Shown piece after piece: positions 44,944-55,051 of a DNA stretch of 61,873 nucleotides (positions are counted from its first letter, which is position 1; each line of letters opens with the position of its first letter). Made by a program: the position numbers and the translations under genes. The stretch covers positions 1 to 61,873 of the forward strand of contig CAZVLR010000003.1 of assembly GCA_964628095.1 (NCBI GenBank). Reading direction: 5' to 3'. The notes beneath the pieces are model-generated. The model worked only from the letters and a program-made list of their open reading frames with translations. It was not told the origin of the DNA and searched no databases. This DNA comes from an uncultured Candidatus Saccharibacteria bacterium. GTDB lineage: Bacteria > Patescibacteriota > Minisyncoccia > Minisyncoccales > CAZVLR01.

Positions 44944-45249
44944 TTATATTTCTCCGCCACATTTTTTACAAACGCGCAATTTATTCTTTTCTCCAATTTT
45001 ATAACCAAGCCTTACCGGTTTTTGGCATTTGGAACAAATAATCTTTACGTTGGAAACGTCAAAAGGAGAAGGCAAGTTCACCACTTGTCCCTTTTCGCCG
45101 CTTTTTTTGGGCTTTACATGCTTTTTTCTCAAATTAGCCCCTTCAACCACAATCTTTTTGATCAAAGGAAAAACTTCGATCACTTTTCCTTTCTTCCCTT
45201 TATCCTTACCCGCAATTATTAATACTGTGTCGCCTTTTTTTATTTTCAT
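44944..45249 (-). CDS. rplX: 50S ribosomal protein L24 with a C-terminal CxxC...CxxC zinc-ribbon-like tail
   Basis: The KOW motif MKIKKGDTVLIIAGKDKGKKGKV is followed by CSKCQKPVRLGYKIGEKNKLRVCKKCG. Confidence 0.9.
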   Translation of the reverse strand: MKIKKGDTVLIIAGKDKGKKGKVIEVFPLIKKIVVEGANLRKKHVKPKKSGEKGQVVNLPSPFDVSNVKIICSKCQKPVRLGYKIGEKNKLRVCKKCGGEI

Positions 45250-45259
45250 AAAAATAATT

Positions 45260-45631
45260 TTATACTAATTCTTCGGCCATAGTGGCGATTTTATCAAAGC
45301 CTTTTTCCTTGATTTCTCTCGGTATGGGGCCTAGAATTCTACCGCCTTTTGGCTCTTTGGTTTTAGCTTCCAATACCACACAAGCATTATCATCAAAGCG
45401 AATGTACGAACCGTCCGGCCTTTTATATTCTTTTTTCTGGCGTACGATCACCGCCCGCACCACATCGTGTTTTTTAACCAATTTTCGCGGCTCGGCCACC
45501 TTTACGGTGCCGACAATAACATCGCCCAACCTTGCGTAGCGCCGCCAGCTGCCGCCCAAACAATGAAAACACTGGATCAATTTAGCTCCGCTATTATCGG
45601 CGACTTTTAACATGGTTCTTGGCTGTATCAT
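45260..45631 (-). CDS. rplN: 50S ribosomal protein L14
   Basis: MIQPRTMLKVADNSGAK...RFD.NA.V. Confidence 0.95.
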   Translation of the reverse strand: MIQPRTMLKVADNSGAKLIQCFHCLGGSWRRYARLGDVIVGTVKVAEPRKLVKKHDVVRAVIVRQKKEYKRPDGSYIRFDDNACVVLEAKTKEPKGGRILGPIPREIKEKGFDKIATMAEELV

Positions 45632-45942
45632 ATGTTTTCTTGAGAAATTTCAGAAACTTCATCAATCCCTAAAACTTCGGGTTCTTCTGTAATTTCCCGG
45701 GTATTGCTTTTAATAATCTCTTTTACTTCCCATTTTTTATCCTTGCTCTTGGGCCGGCATTCTTGAATCAAAACAATGTCTCCAGTCTTGCAGGGAAACT
45801 TTTCGTTATGGGCTTTATATTTTTTTGAAACTTTGTATCGTTTCTTGTATTTGGGATGCTCTTTAATATTATCTATCTGAACTACTACGGTTTTTTGCAT
45901 CTTTATTGAAACGACTTTTCCTTTTATTTGGCGTTTTGGCAT
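45628..45942 (-). CDS. rpsQ: 30S ribosomal protein S17 (with an acidic C-terminal extension)
   Basis: GKVVS.KM.KT.VV......HPKY.KR...SKKY.AH.....C..GD.V.I.ECRP.SK.K.W. Confidence 0.9.
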   Translation of the reverse strand: MPKRQIKGKVVSIKMQKTVVVQIDNIKEHPKYKKRYKVSKKYKAHNEKFPCKTGDIVLIQECRPKSKDKKWEVKEIIKSNTREITEEPEVLGIDEVSEISQENI

Positions 45943-45951
45943 AATTTTATT

Positions 45952-46155
45952 TTACTTTTTTTCCTTTTTTTCTTCTTTAAAGCTAATAAATGTCATGATT
46001 CTAGCGATTTCTTTTCTGATCCGCCTGATTTCCCTGACATTCTTAACCTTGCCCGATTTTAAATCAAACCTCAGCTGTCTTAGTTTTTCCCGCTCGTCTT
46101 TTAACATTCTTAAAAGTTCCTGTTTCGGCATTTTACTTAATTCTCTCGTTTCCAT
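45952..46155 (-). CDS. rpmC: 50S ribosomal protein L29
   Basis: 67 aa with L...EL...L.....EL..LRF.L..G...N...IR..RK.IARI.T, in the conserved slot between rplP and rpsQ. Confidence 0.88.
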   Translation of the reverse strand: METRELSKMPKQELLRMLKDEREKLRQLRFDLKSGKVKNVREIRRIRKEIARIMTFISFKEEKKEKK

Positions 46156-46160
46156 GTAAT

Positions 46161-46574
46161 TTAGCTTTTTTTAATGATTTTAGTTTTAATGGGAAGTTTG
46201 GCACCGGCTTTTTTCAAAGCTTCTAAAGACTGGTCTTCCTTTAAGCCGTCGATTTCAAAAATTATCCGGCCCGGCCTTACTGCAAAGACATAATGATCCA
46301 CCGCGCCTTTTCCACCGCCCATGGGCACTTCGGTTCCTTTTTTGGTTACAGGTTTATCCGGAAAAATTCTAACCCAAATCTTGCCGCCTTTTTTCATGTA
46401 GCGGATAATCGCCCGCCGGCCCGCCTCAATCTGGCGCGAAGTAACCCAGCAGGTATCAAGGCTTTTTAAACCGTAGGAGCCAAAATTAAGCTCGGTAGCC
46501 CTGTTTTCTATGCCCCGGGAATGCCCTTTTCTCCATTTCCTGTGTTTTACTTTTTTGGGTAATAAAATCACCAT
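46161..46574 (-). CDS. rplP: 50S ribosomal protein L16
   Basis: LLPKKVKHRKWRKG...FG.YGLK......T.RQIEA.RRAI.RYMK.GGKIW.RIFPDKP.T.K..E..MG.GKG. Confidence 0.95.
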   Translation of the reverse strand: MVILLPKKVKHRKWRKGHSRGIENRATELNFGSYGLKSLDTCWVTSRQIEAGRRAIIRYMKKGGKIWVRIFPDKPVTKKGTEVPMGGGKGAVDHYVFAVRPGRIIFEIDGLKEDQSLEALKKAGAKLPIKTKIIKKS

Positions 46575-46579
46575 ATGTT

Positions 46580-47242
46580 TTATTCAAATTTCTCCCCTTT
46601 GTATATCCAAACCTTAACGCCCACAGCACCGTAGCTGCAAAAAGCTGTGGCCTTGGCATAATCGATATTGGCCCGAATCGTTTGTCGTGGCAACTGGCCT
46701 TTTTTTAACCATTCAGTCCTAGCAATCTCTGAACCGTCGAGACGTCCAGCCACCTCTACCCGACAACCGTGCACTTCTTTTTGCTCAATTATCTTTTCCA
46801 AAGACTGTTTTATAACGCGCCTGAAAGGAATTCTTTTTTCCATCTGCTGGGCAATCCACTGAGCCGATAAAGCGGCTGAGGTCCAGGGGTTTTTTATCTC
46901 CCTGATTTCAAACCTGATTTCTCTTTTTTGATCTTTACTGGAAATTGTTTTTTCTTTTTGCATGTTTTTTTCCAAAGCCTTCTTTATCTCTTCCACGCCG
47001 CTACCGCCCCGGCCGATAATTAAACCGGGCCGAGCGCTGGATAAAATAACGTTTATCTTGCCCGCAAACCTTTCGATTTCTATTTTCTCAATCCCGATTT
47101 TGCCCAATTTATTGTCCAAAAATCTTCTAATAATAAAATCTTCCCTCAGATACTGGGGGTATTTTTTCCTTTCAAGCCATCTTGAATCCCAATCGGCTAA
47201 ATTCTTAACTCTGAAAATTTTTGGATGAACTTTATGTGACAT
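46580..47242 (-). CDS. rpsC: 30S ribosomal protein S3
   Basis: MSHKVHP..FR........W........Y...L.ED..IR, the KH domain ARPGLIIGRGG..VE, and the C-terminal G.LPRQTIRA.IDY......T.YG..GVKVWI. Confidence 0.95.
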   Translation of the reverse strand: MSHKVHPKIFRVKNLADWDSRWLERKKYPQYLREDFIIRRFLDNKLGKIGIEKIEIERFAGKINVILSSARPGLIIGRGGSGVEEIKKALEKNMQKEKTISSKDQKREIRFEIREIKNPWTSAALSAQWIAQQMEKRIPFRRVIKQSLEKIIEQKEVHGCRVEVAGRLDGSEIARTEWLKKGQLPRQTIRANIDYAKATAFCSYGAVGVKVWIYKGEKFE

Positions 47243-47247
47243 AATAA

Positions 47248-47790
47248 TTAAAAGGATTTTCTTCTAAATATTCTTTTTAAACCTTTTTCCATTTTTGGTT
47301 TCCTGCTTTCAAACCGCTGCTTGGCTTTTGGAGTCTTTTCCTGTTTAACCGTATCTTTTTCAACCGTTTCCGCACCTTGAACTTTATCAATTATCTCTTC
47401 CGGTGCCTCTTTGGTTTTTTTGCTTGTTTTTTTAACTTTAACTTTCTTGTCGGATAATCCCAGCACCAAGTTTATATGCGAAGTTTTCTTCTGAATCTCG
47501 TAGGCCTGTCCCCGGGCGCGAGGCATAAATCTTTTGTATTTGGGACCTTCATCCACGGTAATTTTTGCAACATATAAATTAGCTTCTTCTATCTGAAAAC
47601 TGTTTTTAGCGTTGCTAACCGCTGACTTTAAAAGCTTCAACAAAGGTTTAGCAGATCTATTTGTAGTAAAACGTAAAATCGACTGGGCTTGAACCGCTCC
47701 TTTGCCCCTAACTAAATCCGCCACCAATCTTACCTTTCTCGGCGCAATCCTTAAGTATTTAAGTTTAGCTTTAATTTCCATATTTTTCAA
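47248..47790 (-). CDS. rplV: 50S ribosomal protein L22 with a ~65-aa Lys-rich C-terminal extension
   Basis: A.LKYLRIAPRKVRLVADLVRGK....A..IL.FT....A.....LL.SA..NA. An alternative ATG lies at 47781. Confidence 0.9.
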   Translation of the reverse strand: MKNMEIKAKLKYLRIAPRKVRLVADLVRGKGAVQAQSILRFTTNRSAKPLLKLLKSAVSNAKNSFQIEEANLYVAKITVDEGPKYKRFMPRARGQAYEIQKKTSHINLVLGLSDKKVKVKKTSKKTKEAPEEIIDKVQGAETVEKDTVKQEKTPKAKQRFESRKPKMEKGLKRIFRRKSF

Positions 47791-47794
47791 CTAT

Positions 47795-48118
47795 TTATTT
47801 CTTTGCCTCTGGTTTTGTTTTTTCTGTCTCTTTTTGTTCTGTCTTTGTTTCTAAATCACGCTGCATCTTGCCGCCGTGCCGCCAAAACTTGGTAGTAGGC
47901 GAAAACTCGCCCAAGCGGTGCCCAACCATATCTTCGTTTACCCTAACCGAAATGAATTCTTTTCCGTTGTGAACGCCAAAAGTAAAACCAACCATCTCAG
48001 GCGTAATCGTAGAAGACCTGGCCCAGGTTTTAATTTCCTTTGGACCGGGTTTATTGTTCTTTAATTTTTTCAATAATTTTTCGTCCGTATGAGGACCTTT
48101 TTTAAGGGATCTTGCCAT
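47795..48118 (-). CDS. rpsS: 30S ribosomal protein S19 (Lys/Glu-rich C-terminal tail)
   Basis: [11 protein letters not shown]...........IKTW.R.STI.PEMVG.T..VHNGK.F..V.....MVGH.LGEF.PT..F..H. Confidence 0.95.
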   Translation of the reverse strand: MARSLKKGPHTDEKLLKKLKNNKPGPKEIKTWARSSTITPEMVGFTFGVHNGKEFISVRVNEDMVGHRLGEFSPTTKFWRHGGKMQRDLETKTEQKETEKTKPEAKK

Positions 48119-48123
48119 ATATT

Positions 48124-48897
48124 TTACTTTTTTCTTCTTTTAATTATGTACTTGTCGGTCTGTTTTCTTCTTCTGGTCCGAACGCCCCGGGCGTGCTTGC
48201 CCCAAGGAGTTTTGGGATATTTTAAACCAATAGGCGTTTTGCCTTCGCCTCCGCCGTGCGGATGAGCGGCTGCAATCATGGCTGAACCGCGGACTGTCGG
48301 CCGCCAGCCCTTCAAGCGCGATCTGCCGGCCTTTCCCACGTCTTCAAAACGATGTTCAGGATGAGAAATTTCACCCACGGTTGCATAACAATCGTTAAAA
48401 ACTTTTCTAATTTCCTTTGAGGGCATTTCCAGATGGGTAAATTTCCCTTCTTGGGCTAAAACTTTAGCCGAATTACCCGCGCCCCGAACCATTTTTCCGC
48501 CTCGGCCTGGCATAATTTCAATATTAAAAACCATGGTACCCACAGGAATATTTTTTATCTTTATGCGATTGCCCGGTTTAATGTCGGCGTTTTCAGAACA
48601 AATTATCTCGTCTCCTATTTTTAAATTCTGCGGGGCTAATTGATAGCCTATCTGGCCGTCGCTGTATTCCAAGAGCATAATATGGGCGGTGCGATAGGGG
48701 TCGTATTCAAAAGCTACAACCTTGGCCGACATATCTATTTTACTTTGTCCAAAATCAACCAAGCGATAAAGCTTTTTCACGCCGCCGCCCCGGTGCCGAA
48801 CAGTAATCCGGCCACTAGTAGCTCGGCCGGCCCTTTGCCGTAAATTAACAATCAATCTCTTTTCCGGTTGCTTTTTTGATAAAATGGTTTTAGCCAT
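48124..48897 (-). CDS. rplB: 50S ribosomal protein L2
   Basis: [17 protein letters not shown]....YDP.R.A.I.L..Y.DG...GGRP.VRG.AM....HPHGGGEG. Confidence 0.95.
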   Translation of the reverse strand: MAKTILSKKQPEKRLIVNLRQRAGRATSGRITVRHRGGGVKKLYRLVDFGQSKIDMSAKVVAFEYDPYRTAHIMLLEYSDGQIGYQLAPQNLKIGDEIICSENADIKPGNRIKIKNIPVGTMVFNIEIMPGRGGKMVRGAGNSAKVLAQEGKFTHLEMPSKEIRKVFNDCYATVGEISHPEHRFEDVGKAGRSRLKGWRPTVRGSAMIAAAHPHGGGEGKTPIGLKYPKTPWGKHARGVRTRRRKQTDKYIIKRRKK

Positions 48898-48913
48898 ATA
48901 TATTAAAATATTT

Positions 48914-49357
48914 TTATCTCGGTAAAACTTCTATTTTCTGCCCTTCTTTTATTCTAACGATCGCTTTTTTGTAACCTTTCTTTATGCCGGTAATCCGCCC
49001 CACCCTTCTTTCTTTAGAAGGAATATTTATTATTCGAACCGCCACTACGTCAACCCCGTATAGATCTTGAATTGCTTTTTTTATCTGAATTTTATTGCTT
49101 TCTGGCCAAACATTAAAAGTGTACTGATTGCTCTGGGCCAGATCGGTGGCCTTTTCTGTAACATGCGGGTGTTTTAAAATTTTATAGGCAATATCGGAAA
49201 CACGGCTCTTGGCCTTGGGAGCTTCTTTTTTAACCGTTTCTTTGGGCGCAGCTGTTTTCTGAACCTTTTCGGTTTTCTTTTCTTTTACTATTTCTTTCTT
49301 TACAGGTTTTGCCTCTTTTTCCGGTTGTTTTTTCTTAAAAATATCGAATATCGCCAT
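48914..49357 (-). CDS. rplW: 50S ribosomal protein L23 with a ~50-aa Lys-rich N-terminal extension
   Basis: The core ILKHPHVTEKATDLAQSNQYTFNV....NK..IK.A......V.V..V...N is preceded by KKQPEKEAKPVKKEIVKEKKTEK. Confidence 0.9.
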   Translation of the reverse strand: MAIFDIFKKKQPEKEAKPVKKEIVKEKKTEKVQKTAAPKETVKKEAPKAKSRVSDIAYKILKHPHVTEKATDLAQSNQYTFNVWPESNKIQIKKAIQDLYGVDVVAVRIINIPSKERRVGRITGIKKGYKKAIVRIKEGQKIEVLPR

Positions 49358-49361
49358 ATGA

Positions 49362-49997
49362 TTATTTTTCTTTAATAAAAGTCTCCTGAATATTTTTTAT
49401 AACCTCTTTGGGGAACAGTAAATATTTAAAAGACAGTACGTCCAGCGCATTTAAATCTTTGGCCTGCAAAGTTTTGGAATCAGGAATATTTCTTGAAGCT
49501 AAAATTATCTTTTTATCGTGTTCGGGCAATAAAATCAAAACTTTCTTGCCGGCTCCGGGCAAATTTTTCAGTATCTGATGCATTTCTTTGGTTTTGGCTT
49601 TTTCCAACTTCAATTCATCTAAGATTAATATAAAACCCTCCCTGGCTTTATCCGACAAGGCCATAAACAGGGCCTTGCGCCTCATTTTCTTTGGAATAAT
49701 CTTGTAATAGCTTCTTTCTTTTCTTGGCCCGAAAGTAACGCCACCGCCCCGCCAAAGAGGAGAACGGTTAGAACCGGCCCGGGCGCGGCCCGTGCCTTTT
49801 TGCCGCCAAGGTTTCTTTCCCCCGCCCGAAACTTCACTCCTATCTTTTGTATGAGCAATCACCTTTCGGCGATTGGCTCTTTGAGATACTAATATTTGAT
49901 GAAGCAAATCCGACTTAATTTTTAAACCAAAAATCTCTTTGGGCAACAAAGCTTCTCCCACTTCTTTTCCTTCTTTGTTAAAAACAGTCGCTTTCAT
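49362..49997 (-). CDS. rplD: 50S ribosomal protein L4
   Basis: Trimmed to the ATG at 49995-49997. SEVSGGGKKPWRQKGTGRARAGS.RSPLWRGGGV.FGP. Confidence 0.93.
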   Translation of the reverse strand: MKATVFNKEGKEVGEALLPKEIFGLKIKSDLLHQILVSQRANRRKVIAHTKDRSEVSGGGKKPWRQKGTGRARAGSNRSPLWRGGGVTFGPRKERSYYKIIPKKMRRKALFMALSDKAREGFILILDELKLEKAKTKEMHQILKNLPGAGKKVLILLPEHDKKIILASRNIPDSKTLQAKDLNALDVLSFKYLLFPKEVIKNIQETFIKEK

Positions 49998-50001
49998 AAA
50001 A

Positions 50002-50595
50002 TTATTTACTAATAATCTCCAATAATGCGCCCTTGGGTCCGGGTAAAGCACCCTTAATTGCTAAAATATTGTTTTCTGCGTCAATTTTAACGATTTTTAA
50101 ATTCTTTACTGACACCCTTTCCGCACCTAAATGGCCAGGCATTTTTTTGCCCTTTATAACTCTTTCGGGAAAGGAAGAACCGATAGATCCCCCTGTTCTC
50201 TGCTCATGCTTGGTGCCGTGCGAAGTTGAACGGCCGCGAAAACCCCATCTTTTCACCCCGCCTTGAAAACCTTTACCCTTATTTATCCCGGAAACCTTTA
50301 CTTTATCTCCTTCAGAAAACAAAGAAACATCGATTTTATCTCCGGCTTTATGTTCAGTTTTTCCTGTGAATTCCCTAATATACCTAAAAGGTTTTTCTTT
50401 TTGCGCCTTTTTAATTTTCTTGTCTTTTAATCCTAAAAAACCGACCTGCACGGCATCGTAGCCGTCTTTACCCTCTTTTTCTTTTATTTTTAAAACCTGG
50501 CAGGGCCCGGCCTCAACCAAAGTCACGGGTATTAATTTACCCTCTTCATTATAAATCTGGGCCATTTGTAATTTTAATCCTAAAATAAACTTCAT
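50002..50595 (-). CDS. rplC: 50S ribosomal protein L3
   Basis: Trimmed to the ATG at 50593-50595. MKFILGLKLQMAQIY.E.G...PVT..EAGPC.V...GKGFQGGVKRWGF.G....HG....R..GSIG. Confidence 0.93.
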   Translation of the reverse strand: MKFILGLKLQMAQIYNEEGKLIPVTLVEAGPCQVLKIKEKEGKDGYDAVQVGFLGLKDKKIKKAQKEKPFRYIREFTGKTEHKAGDKIDVSLFSEGDKVKVSGINKGKGFQGGVKRWGFRGRSTSHGTKHEQRTGGSIGSSFPERVIKGKKMPGHLGAERVSVKNLKIVKIDAENNILAIKGALPGPKGALLEIISK

Positions 50596-50603
50596 ATTAC
50601 TAA

Positions 50604-50627
50604 TAAAAAATGCCGGGGCAACCCGAC
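50604..50627 (-). terminator. Terminator-like or attenuator hairpin in the rpsJ-rplC spacer
   Basis: The minus strand reads GTCGGG-TTGC-CCCGGC followed by ATTTTTTATT, ending 8 nt before the rplC ATG. Confidence 0.4.
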
Positions 50628-50697
50628 ATTCCAGGTTTATTCCCAAATAAAACGCTTTTACAATAAAAATTTCTTGAAAAAAACCATAAGAAATTTT

Positions 50698-51063
50698 TTA
50701 CATTTTAATTTCAATATCCACGCCCGCAGGCAAAGTCAAACCGATTAACGCCTCGATTACTTTCTGGTTCGGATTTAAAATGTCGATCAGCCTCTTGTGA
50801 ATTCTCATTTCAAACTGCTCTCTGGCATCCTTATGGACAAAAGAAGACCTATTCACGGTATATTTATGAATTTCCGTAGGTAGAGGAATAGGGCCTAAAA
50901 TCTCCGAGCCGTGCCTCAAAGCGACGTCGACAATTTGTTTGGCCGAATTGTCGATCACTTTGTGGTCGTAAGCGCGCAATTTTATCCTCAGTTTGGCCTT
51001 TGATTCCTCAGCCTTTACTTCAGCCGAACTTTTTTTCTTTGCGGTTTTTTTCTTGGTTACCAT
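50698..51063 (-). CDS. rpsJ: 30S ribosomal protein S10 with a Lys-rich N-terminal extension
   Basis: [39 protein letters not shown]....YTV.RS..V.K..REQFEMR.HKRLIDI. Confidence 0.95.
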   Translation of the reverse strand: MVTKKKTAKKKSSAEVKAEESKAKLRIKLRAYDHKVIDNSAKQIVDVALRHGSEILGPIPLPTEIHKYTVNRSSFVHKDAREQFEMRIHKRLIDILNPNQKVIEALIGLTLPAGVDIEIKM

Positions 51064-51116
51064 CTTTTTGAAAAGGTCTTCAGTTGTTAAAAATTACTTT
51101 CAATAAATTAAGCTGG

Positions 51117-52313
51117 TTATTTGTTTACTTTCACCACAATGCCCGCTCCAACGGTTTTACCGCCTTCGCGAATGGCAAAGCGCTGTTTTTCCTCCATGGC
51201 AATGGGCGCGATCAATTTTATCTTAATATTTACCGTATCGCCGGGCATTACCATTTCAGTGCCCTCGGGCAAGGTTACTTCACCGGTAACGTCGGTGGTT
51301 CTAAAATAAAGCTGGGGTTTGTAGCCGGTAAAGAAAGGGGTATGGCGTCCGCCTTCTTCCTTTGTTAACACATAAACCTCACCTTCAAAATCGGTATGAG
51401 GGGTAACACTGCCTGGTTTAGCCAATACTTGGCCTCTTTCCACCTCTTCTTTCTTTAAGCCCCTTAAAAGAATGCCGACATTGTCGCCCGCTCTGCCTTC
51501 GTCAAGCATTTTCTGAAACATCTCAACCGAAACCACCACGGTTTTAGTGGTTGCTTTAATACCGACCAACTCAACTTCTTCGTTAGGTTTGATAATGCCT
51601 CTTTCGATTCTACCTGTTGCCACGGTACCTCTGCCACCAATACTAAAAACGTCTTCAATGGCCATTAAGAAAGGTTTTTCGGTTTCTCTAACCGGCTCTG
51701 GAATAAAATCATCCAGCGCCTTTACCAATTCTAAAATGGGTTTGGCCCATTCGTCATCAGCAGATTTTGATTCTAAAGCCTTTAAAGCTGAGCCACGAAT
51801 TACAGGCGTAGTATCGCCGGGATATTCGTTTTTAGTTAACAGCTCCCTGATTTCCGACTCAACCAAATCAATCATCTCCGGATCAGCCATATCAACCTTG
51901 TTCAAAAAAACAACCAGCGAGGGCAAGCCCACCTGGCGCGCCAAAAGAATGTGTTCCCGTGTCTGAGGCATGGCGCCTTCGGAAGCAGAAACAACCAAAA
52001 TACCGCCATCCATCTGAGCGGCGCCGGTAATCATGTTTTTAATGTAATCGGCGTGTCCCGGACAGTCAATGTGCGCGTAGTGTCTTTTTTCGCTTTCGTA
52101 TTCCAAATGCGAAATAGAAATGGTTAACCCTCTGGCTTTTTCTTCCGGAGCGGCGTCGATCTGATCAACGGATTTTTCCGTTACTTTAAATCCTTTTAAT
52201 TTCAGCACGTGCAAAATCGCCGCCACTAAAGTGGTTTTACCGTGATCAACGTGACCGATAGTGCCGACGTTAACGTGAGGTTTCTCCCTCAAAAATTTCT
52301 CTTTTTCTGCCAT
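51117..52313 (-). CDS. tuf: Elongation factor Tu
   Basis: [21 protein letters not shown] and NKVD. 398 aa. Confidence 0.98.
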   Translation of the reverse strand: MAEKEKFLREKPHVNVGTIGHVDHGKTTLVAAILHVLKLKGFKVTEKSVDQIDAAPEEKARGLTISISHLEYESEKRHYAHIDCPGHADYIKNMITGAAQMDGGILVVSASEGAMPQTREHILLARQVGLPSLVVFLNKVDMADPEMIDLVESEIRELLTKNEYPGDTTPVIRGSALKALESKSADDEWAKPILELVKALDDFIPEPVRETEKPFLMAIEDVFSIGGRGTVATGRIERGIIKPNEEVELVGIKATTKTVVVSVEMFQKMLDEGRAGDNVGILLRGLKKEEVERGQVLAKPGSVTPHTDFEGEVYVLTKEEGGRHTPFFTGYKPQLYFRTTDVTGEVTLPEGTEMVMPGDTVNIKIKLIAPIAMEEKQRFAIREGGKTVGAGIVVKVNK

Positions 52314-52329
52314 ATTTTTAAACTTTTAC

Positions 52330-52392
52330 GGCGCTGTCGCTTGTAGGTTTTGCAATTCATTTGCACTACCGACAATTAAGACAAAACACGCC
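52330..52392 (-). promoter_or_regulatory. Structured 5' leader of tuf (long imperfect hairpin)
   Basis: On the minus strand there are nested pairings GGCG/CGCC, TGTCG/CGACA, GTAG/CTAC and TGCAA/TTGCA around an ATGAA loop. The hairpin lies between the predicted TSS and the tuf ATG. Confidence 0.35.
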
Positions 52393-52419
52393 AATTTTAA
52401 TTATTTAATCAATATTATT

Positions 52420-52447
52420 ATTCTAATAAAATAAAGGAATTTGTCAA
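52420..52447 (-). promoter_or_regulatory. Sigma-70-type promoter upstream of tuf
   Basis: On the minus strand, TTGACA (52442-52447), a 16-nt spacer, then TAGAAT (52420-52425). Confidence 0.6.
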
Positions 52448-52463
52448 TGTTAATAAGGCTGTT

Positions 52464-54569
52464 TTACTTCCTCTTGCCTTCGATTATTTCCTGGGCAATA
52501 TTAGCCGGCACTTCTTCGTAATTGTTAAATTCCATTGTAAACGTTCCCCGGCCCTCGGTCAAGCTTCGTAAGGCCGTCGCGTAGCCGAACATTTCAGATA
52601 GAGGGGTTTTAGCGTCAATCACTTTCATGTTAAGGCGGTCCTTGGTTTCTTCAATTTTGCCCCTTCTGGCCGACAAATCGCCGATAGCATCGCCAAAAAA
52701 GTCTTCGGGCACCACCACTTCCAGCTTCATAATGGGCTCTAAAATCACTGGCTTTGCCCTTTTTACCGCTTCTTGAAAAGCCATCGAACCCGCAATTTTA
52801 AAAGCGATTTCAGACGAATCTACTTCGTGAAAAGAACCGTCGTACAAGGCCGCAGATAAATCCACTATTTGATAGCCGGCCACCACGCCCTTGTCCATGG
52901 CTTCTTTTACGCCTTTTTCAACCGCCGGAATATATTCTCTAGGAATAACGCCGCCTTTAATTTCGTCTAAAAATTCAAAACCCTGTCCCCGATCTTTGGG
53001 CTCTACTCTTAACCAAACATGGCCATACTGGCCTCGGCCACCCGACTGCTTAATGTATTTTCCTTCAGCCTCGGCTTTGGTTTTAATTGTTTCTTTATAG
53101 GCTACCTGGGGCCGGCCAACGTTAGCCTCCACCTTGAATTCCCGCCTCATGCGGTCGGTAATAATTTCCAAATGTAATTCTCCCATGCCCGAAATAACCG
53201 TATCGCCGGTTTCAATGTCACCTTTAACCCGGAAGGTGGGATCTTCTTCGGATAATCTCCGCAAAGCCGTGCCCATTTTTTCCTGATCGGCCTTGGTTTT
53301 GGGCTCGATTCTGATTGAAATAACCGGTTCGGGAAAGATGATTTTTTCCAGCACAATCTGATTGCTTTCATCAGACAGCGTATTGCCGGTTCTAGTATTT
53401 TTTAAACCAACCGTGGCCGCAATATCGCCCGCATAAATTTCTGAAACTTCTTCACGTTCGTTAGAATGCATTCTCAAAATCCGACCGATTCTTTCTTTTT
53501 CTCCAGTAACGGTATTTAATAAATAAGATCCTTTAACCAAACTTCCCGAATAAACCCTAAAATAGGTTAAAGTGCCCACATAGGGATCAGTGGCAACTTT
53601 AAAAGCTAAAGCTGCGAAAGGTTCGGCATCTTCGGGTTTGCGCTCAACTTCCTGTCCGGTTTTAGGATCGCTTCCTTTTACCGGCGGCAGATCAATGGGG
53701 CTGGGCAAATAATTACAAACGCCATCAAGCATTAATTGTACGCCTTTGTTTTTCAAAGCCGAACCACAGAAAACTGGTACCAATTTATAATCTAGAGTTG
53801 ATTTTCTTAAAACTCTGTTTAATTCTTCGATTGAAATTTCTTCCTTGGCCAGATATTTCTCCAGCAATTTTTCGTCTTCAGCCGCTACTTTATCCAAAAG
53901 TTTTTCCCGCCAAGCCTGGGCGTCTGCTTTTAAATTTTCGGGGATCTCTTCCTCTTTAATAATCTGCCCAAAATCTCCCTCAAAATAAATTGCTTTCATT
54001 TTCAAAAGATCGATCACTCCTTTGAAATTCTCTTCTTCGCCAATGGGCAGCTGCAAAGCCACGGCATTAGGAGTTAATTTTAACCAAATAGAATTCAAGC
54101 TTCTCTCAAAGGAAGCGCCCAAACGATCGAGTTTATTGATAAAACACATTCTAGGTACGTTGAACTTATCAGCTTGGCGCCAAACAGTTTCTGATTGCGG
54201 TTCAACGCCCGCCACGCCGTCAAACACCACTACCGCGCCGTCGAGCACGCGCAAAGAGCGCTGCACTTCGGCGGTAAAATCGATGTGGCCGGGAGTATCA
54301 ATTAAATTAAAACGAAACTCATTTTCTTTTTTTTTCTCCAAATCCCGAGGGGTCCAAAAACAGGTGGTGGCGGCCGAAGTAATGGTAATGCCCCGCTCTC
54401 TTTCCTGCTCCATCCAATCCATAATGGCCGCGCCGTCGTGCACCTCGCCTATTTTATGCGACATGCCTGTATAAAAAAGCACGCGTTCAGAAACCGTGGT
54501 TTTGCCCGCATCAATGTGGGCGATGATGCCAAAATCCCTATATTTTTCAATAGCATAGGTTCGAGCCAT
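52464..54569 (-). CDS. fusA: Elongation factor G
   Basis: [35 protein letters not shown] and NKLD. The start is placed at the ATG at 54567-54569, 5 nt after the rpsG stop. The track's upstream start at 54581 would overlap rpsG. Confidence 0.97.
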   Translation of the reverse strand: MARTYAIEKYRDFGIIAHIDAGKTTVSERVLFYTGMSHKIGEVHDGAAIMDWMEQERERGITITSAATTCFWTPRDLEKKKENEFRFNLIDTPGHIDFTAEVQRSLRVLDGAVVVFDGVAGVEPQSETVWRQADKFNVPRMCFINKLDRLGASFERSLNSIWLKLTPNAVALQLPIGEEENFKGVIDLLKMKAIYFEGDFGQIIKEEEIPENLKADAQAWREKLLDKVAAEDEKLLEKYLAKEEISIEELNRVLRKSTLDYKLVPVFCGSALKNKGVQLMLDGVCNYLPSPIDLPPVKGSDPKTGQEVERKPEDAEPFAALAFKVATDPYVGTLTYFRVYSGSLVKGSYLLNTVTGEKERIGRILRMHSNEREEVSEIYAGDIAATVGLKNTRTGNTLSDESNQIVLEKIIFPEPVISIRIEPKTKADQEKMGTALRRLSEEDPTFRVKGDIETGDTVISGMGELHLEIITDRMRREFKVEANVGRPQVAYKETIKTKAEAEGKYIKQSGGRGQYGHVWLRVEPKDRGQGFEFLDEIKGGVIPREYIPAVEKGVKEAMDKGVVAGYQIVDLSAALYDGSFHEVDSSEIAFKIAGSMAFQEAVKRAKPVILEPIMKLEVVVPEDFFGDAIGDLSARRGKIEETKDRLNMKVIDAKTPLSEMFGYATALRSLTEGRGTFTMEFNNYEEVPANIAQEIIEGKRK

Positions 54570-54574
54570 AGTTT

Positions 54575-55042
54575 TTACCAACTAAAATGGGCAAAGGCCC
54601 GGTTAGCCTCGGCCATGCGATGCGTATCTTCTTTTTTCTTTACGGCCCAGCCCTGGTTGATCGAGGCGTCTATTAATTCTTCGGCTAATTTTTGGGCCAT
54701 AGGTTTGCCTTTTTTGGCTTTAGCGCCTGAAATAATCCAACGAAGGGCTAAAGTCAATTTGCGATCGCCCCTTACCTCTCTGGGCACTTGATAAGTGGCG
54801 CCTCCAATGCGCTTGGATTTTAATTCCAATAAGGGCGAGGCGTTTTTCAAAGCCTGATCAAAGACCTCCATAGGCTCTTTTTTAGTTTTTTCTTTAATAA
54901 ATTCAAAGGCGCCGTAAACTATTTTACGGGCGGTATTTTTCTTACCCTGCCTCATAATATGATTGACTAATTTTTCCACAATCACATTATTATAAACTGG
55001 ATCGGGCTGAATTTCTCTTTTTTCTTTCTTTTTACTTCTCAT
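54575..55042 (-). CDS. rpsG: 30S ribosomal protein S7
   Basis: [22 protein letters not shown]......[21 protein letters not shown]. Confidence 0.96.
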   Translation of the reverse strand: MRSKKKEKREIQPDPVYNNVIVEKLVNHIMRQGKKNTARKIVYGAFEFIKEKTKKEPMEVFDQALKNASPLLELKSKRIGGATYQVPREVRGDRKLTLALRWIISGAKAKKGKPMAQKLAEELIDASINQGWAVKKKEDTHRMAEANRAFAHFSW

Positions 55043-55051
55043 ATATATGTA

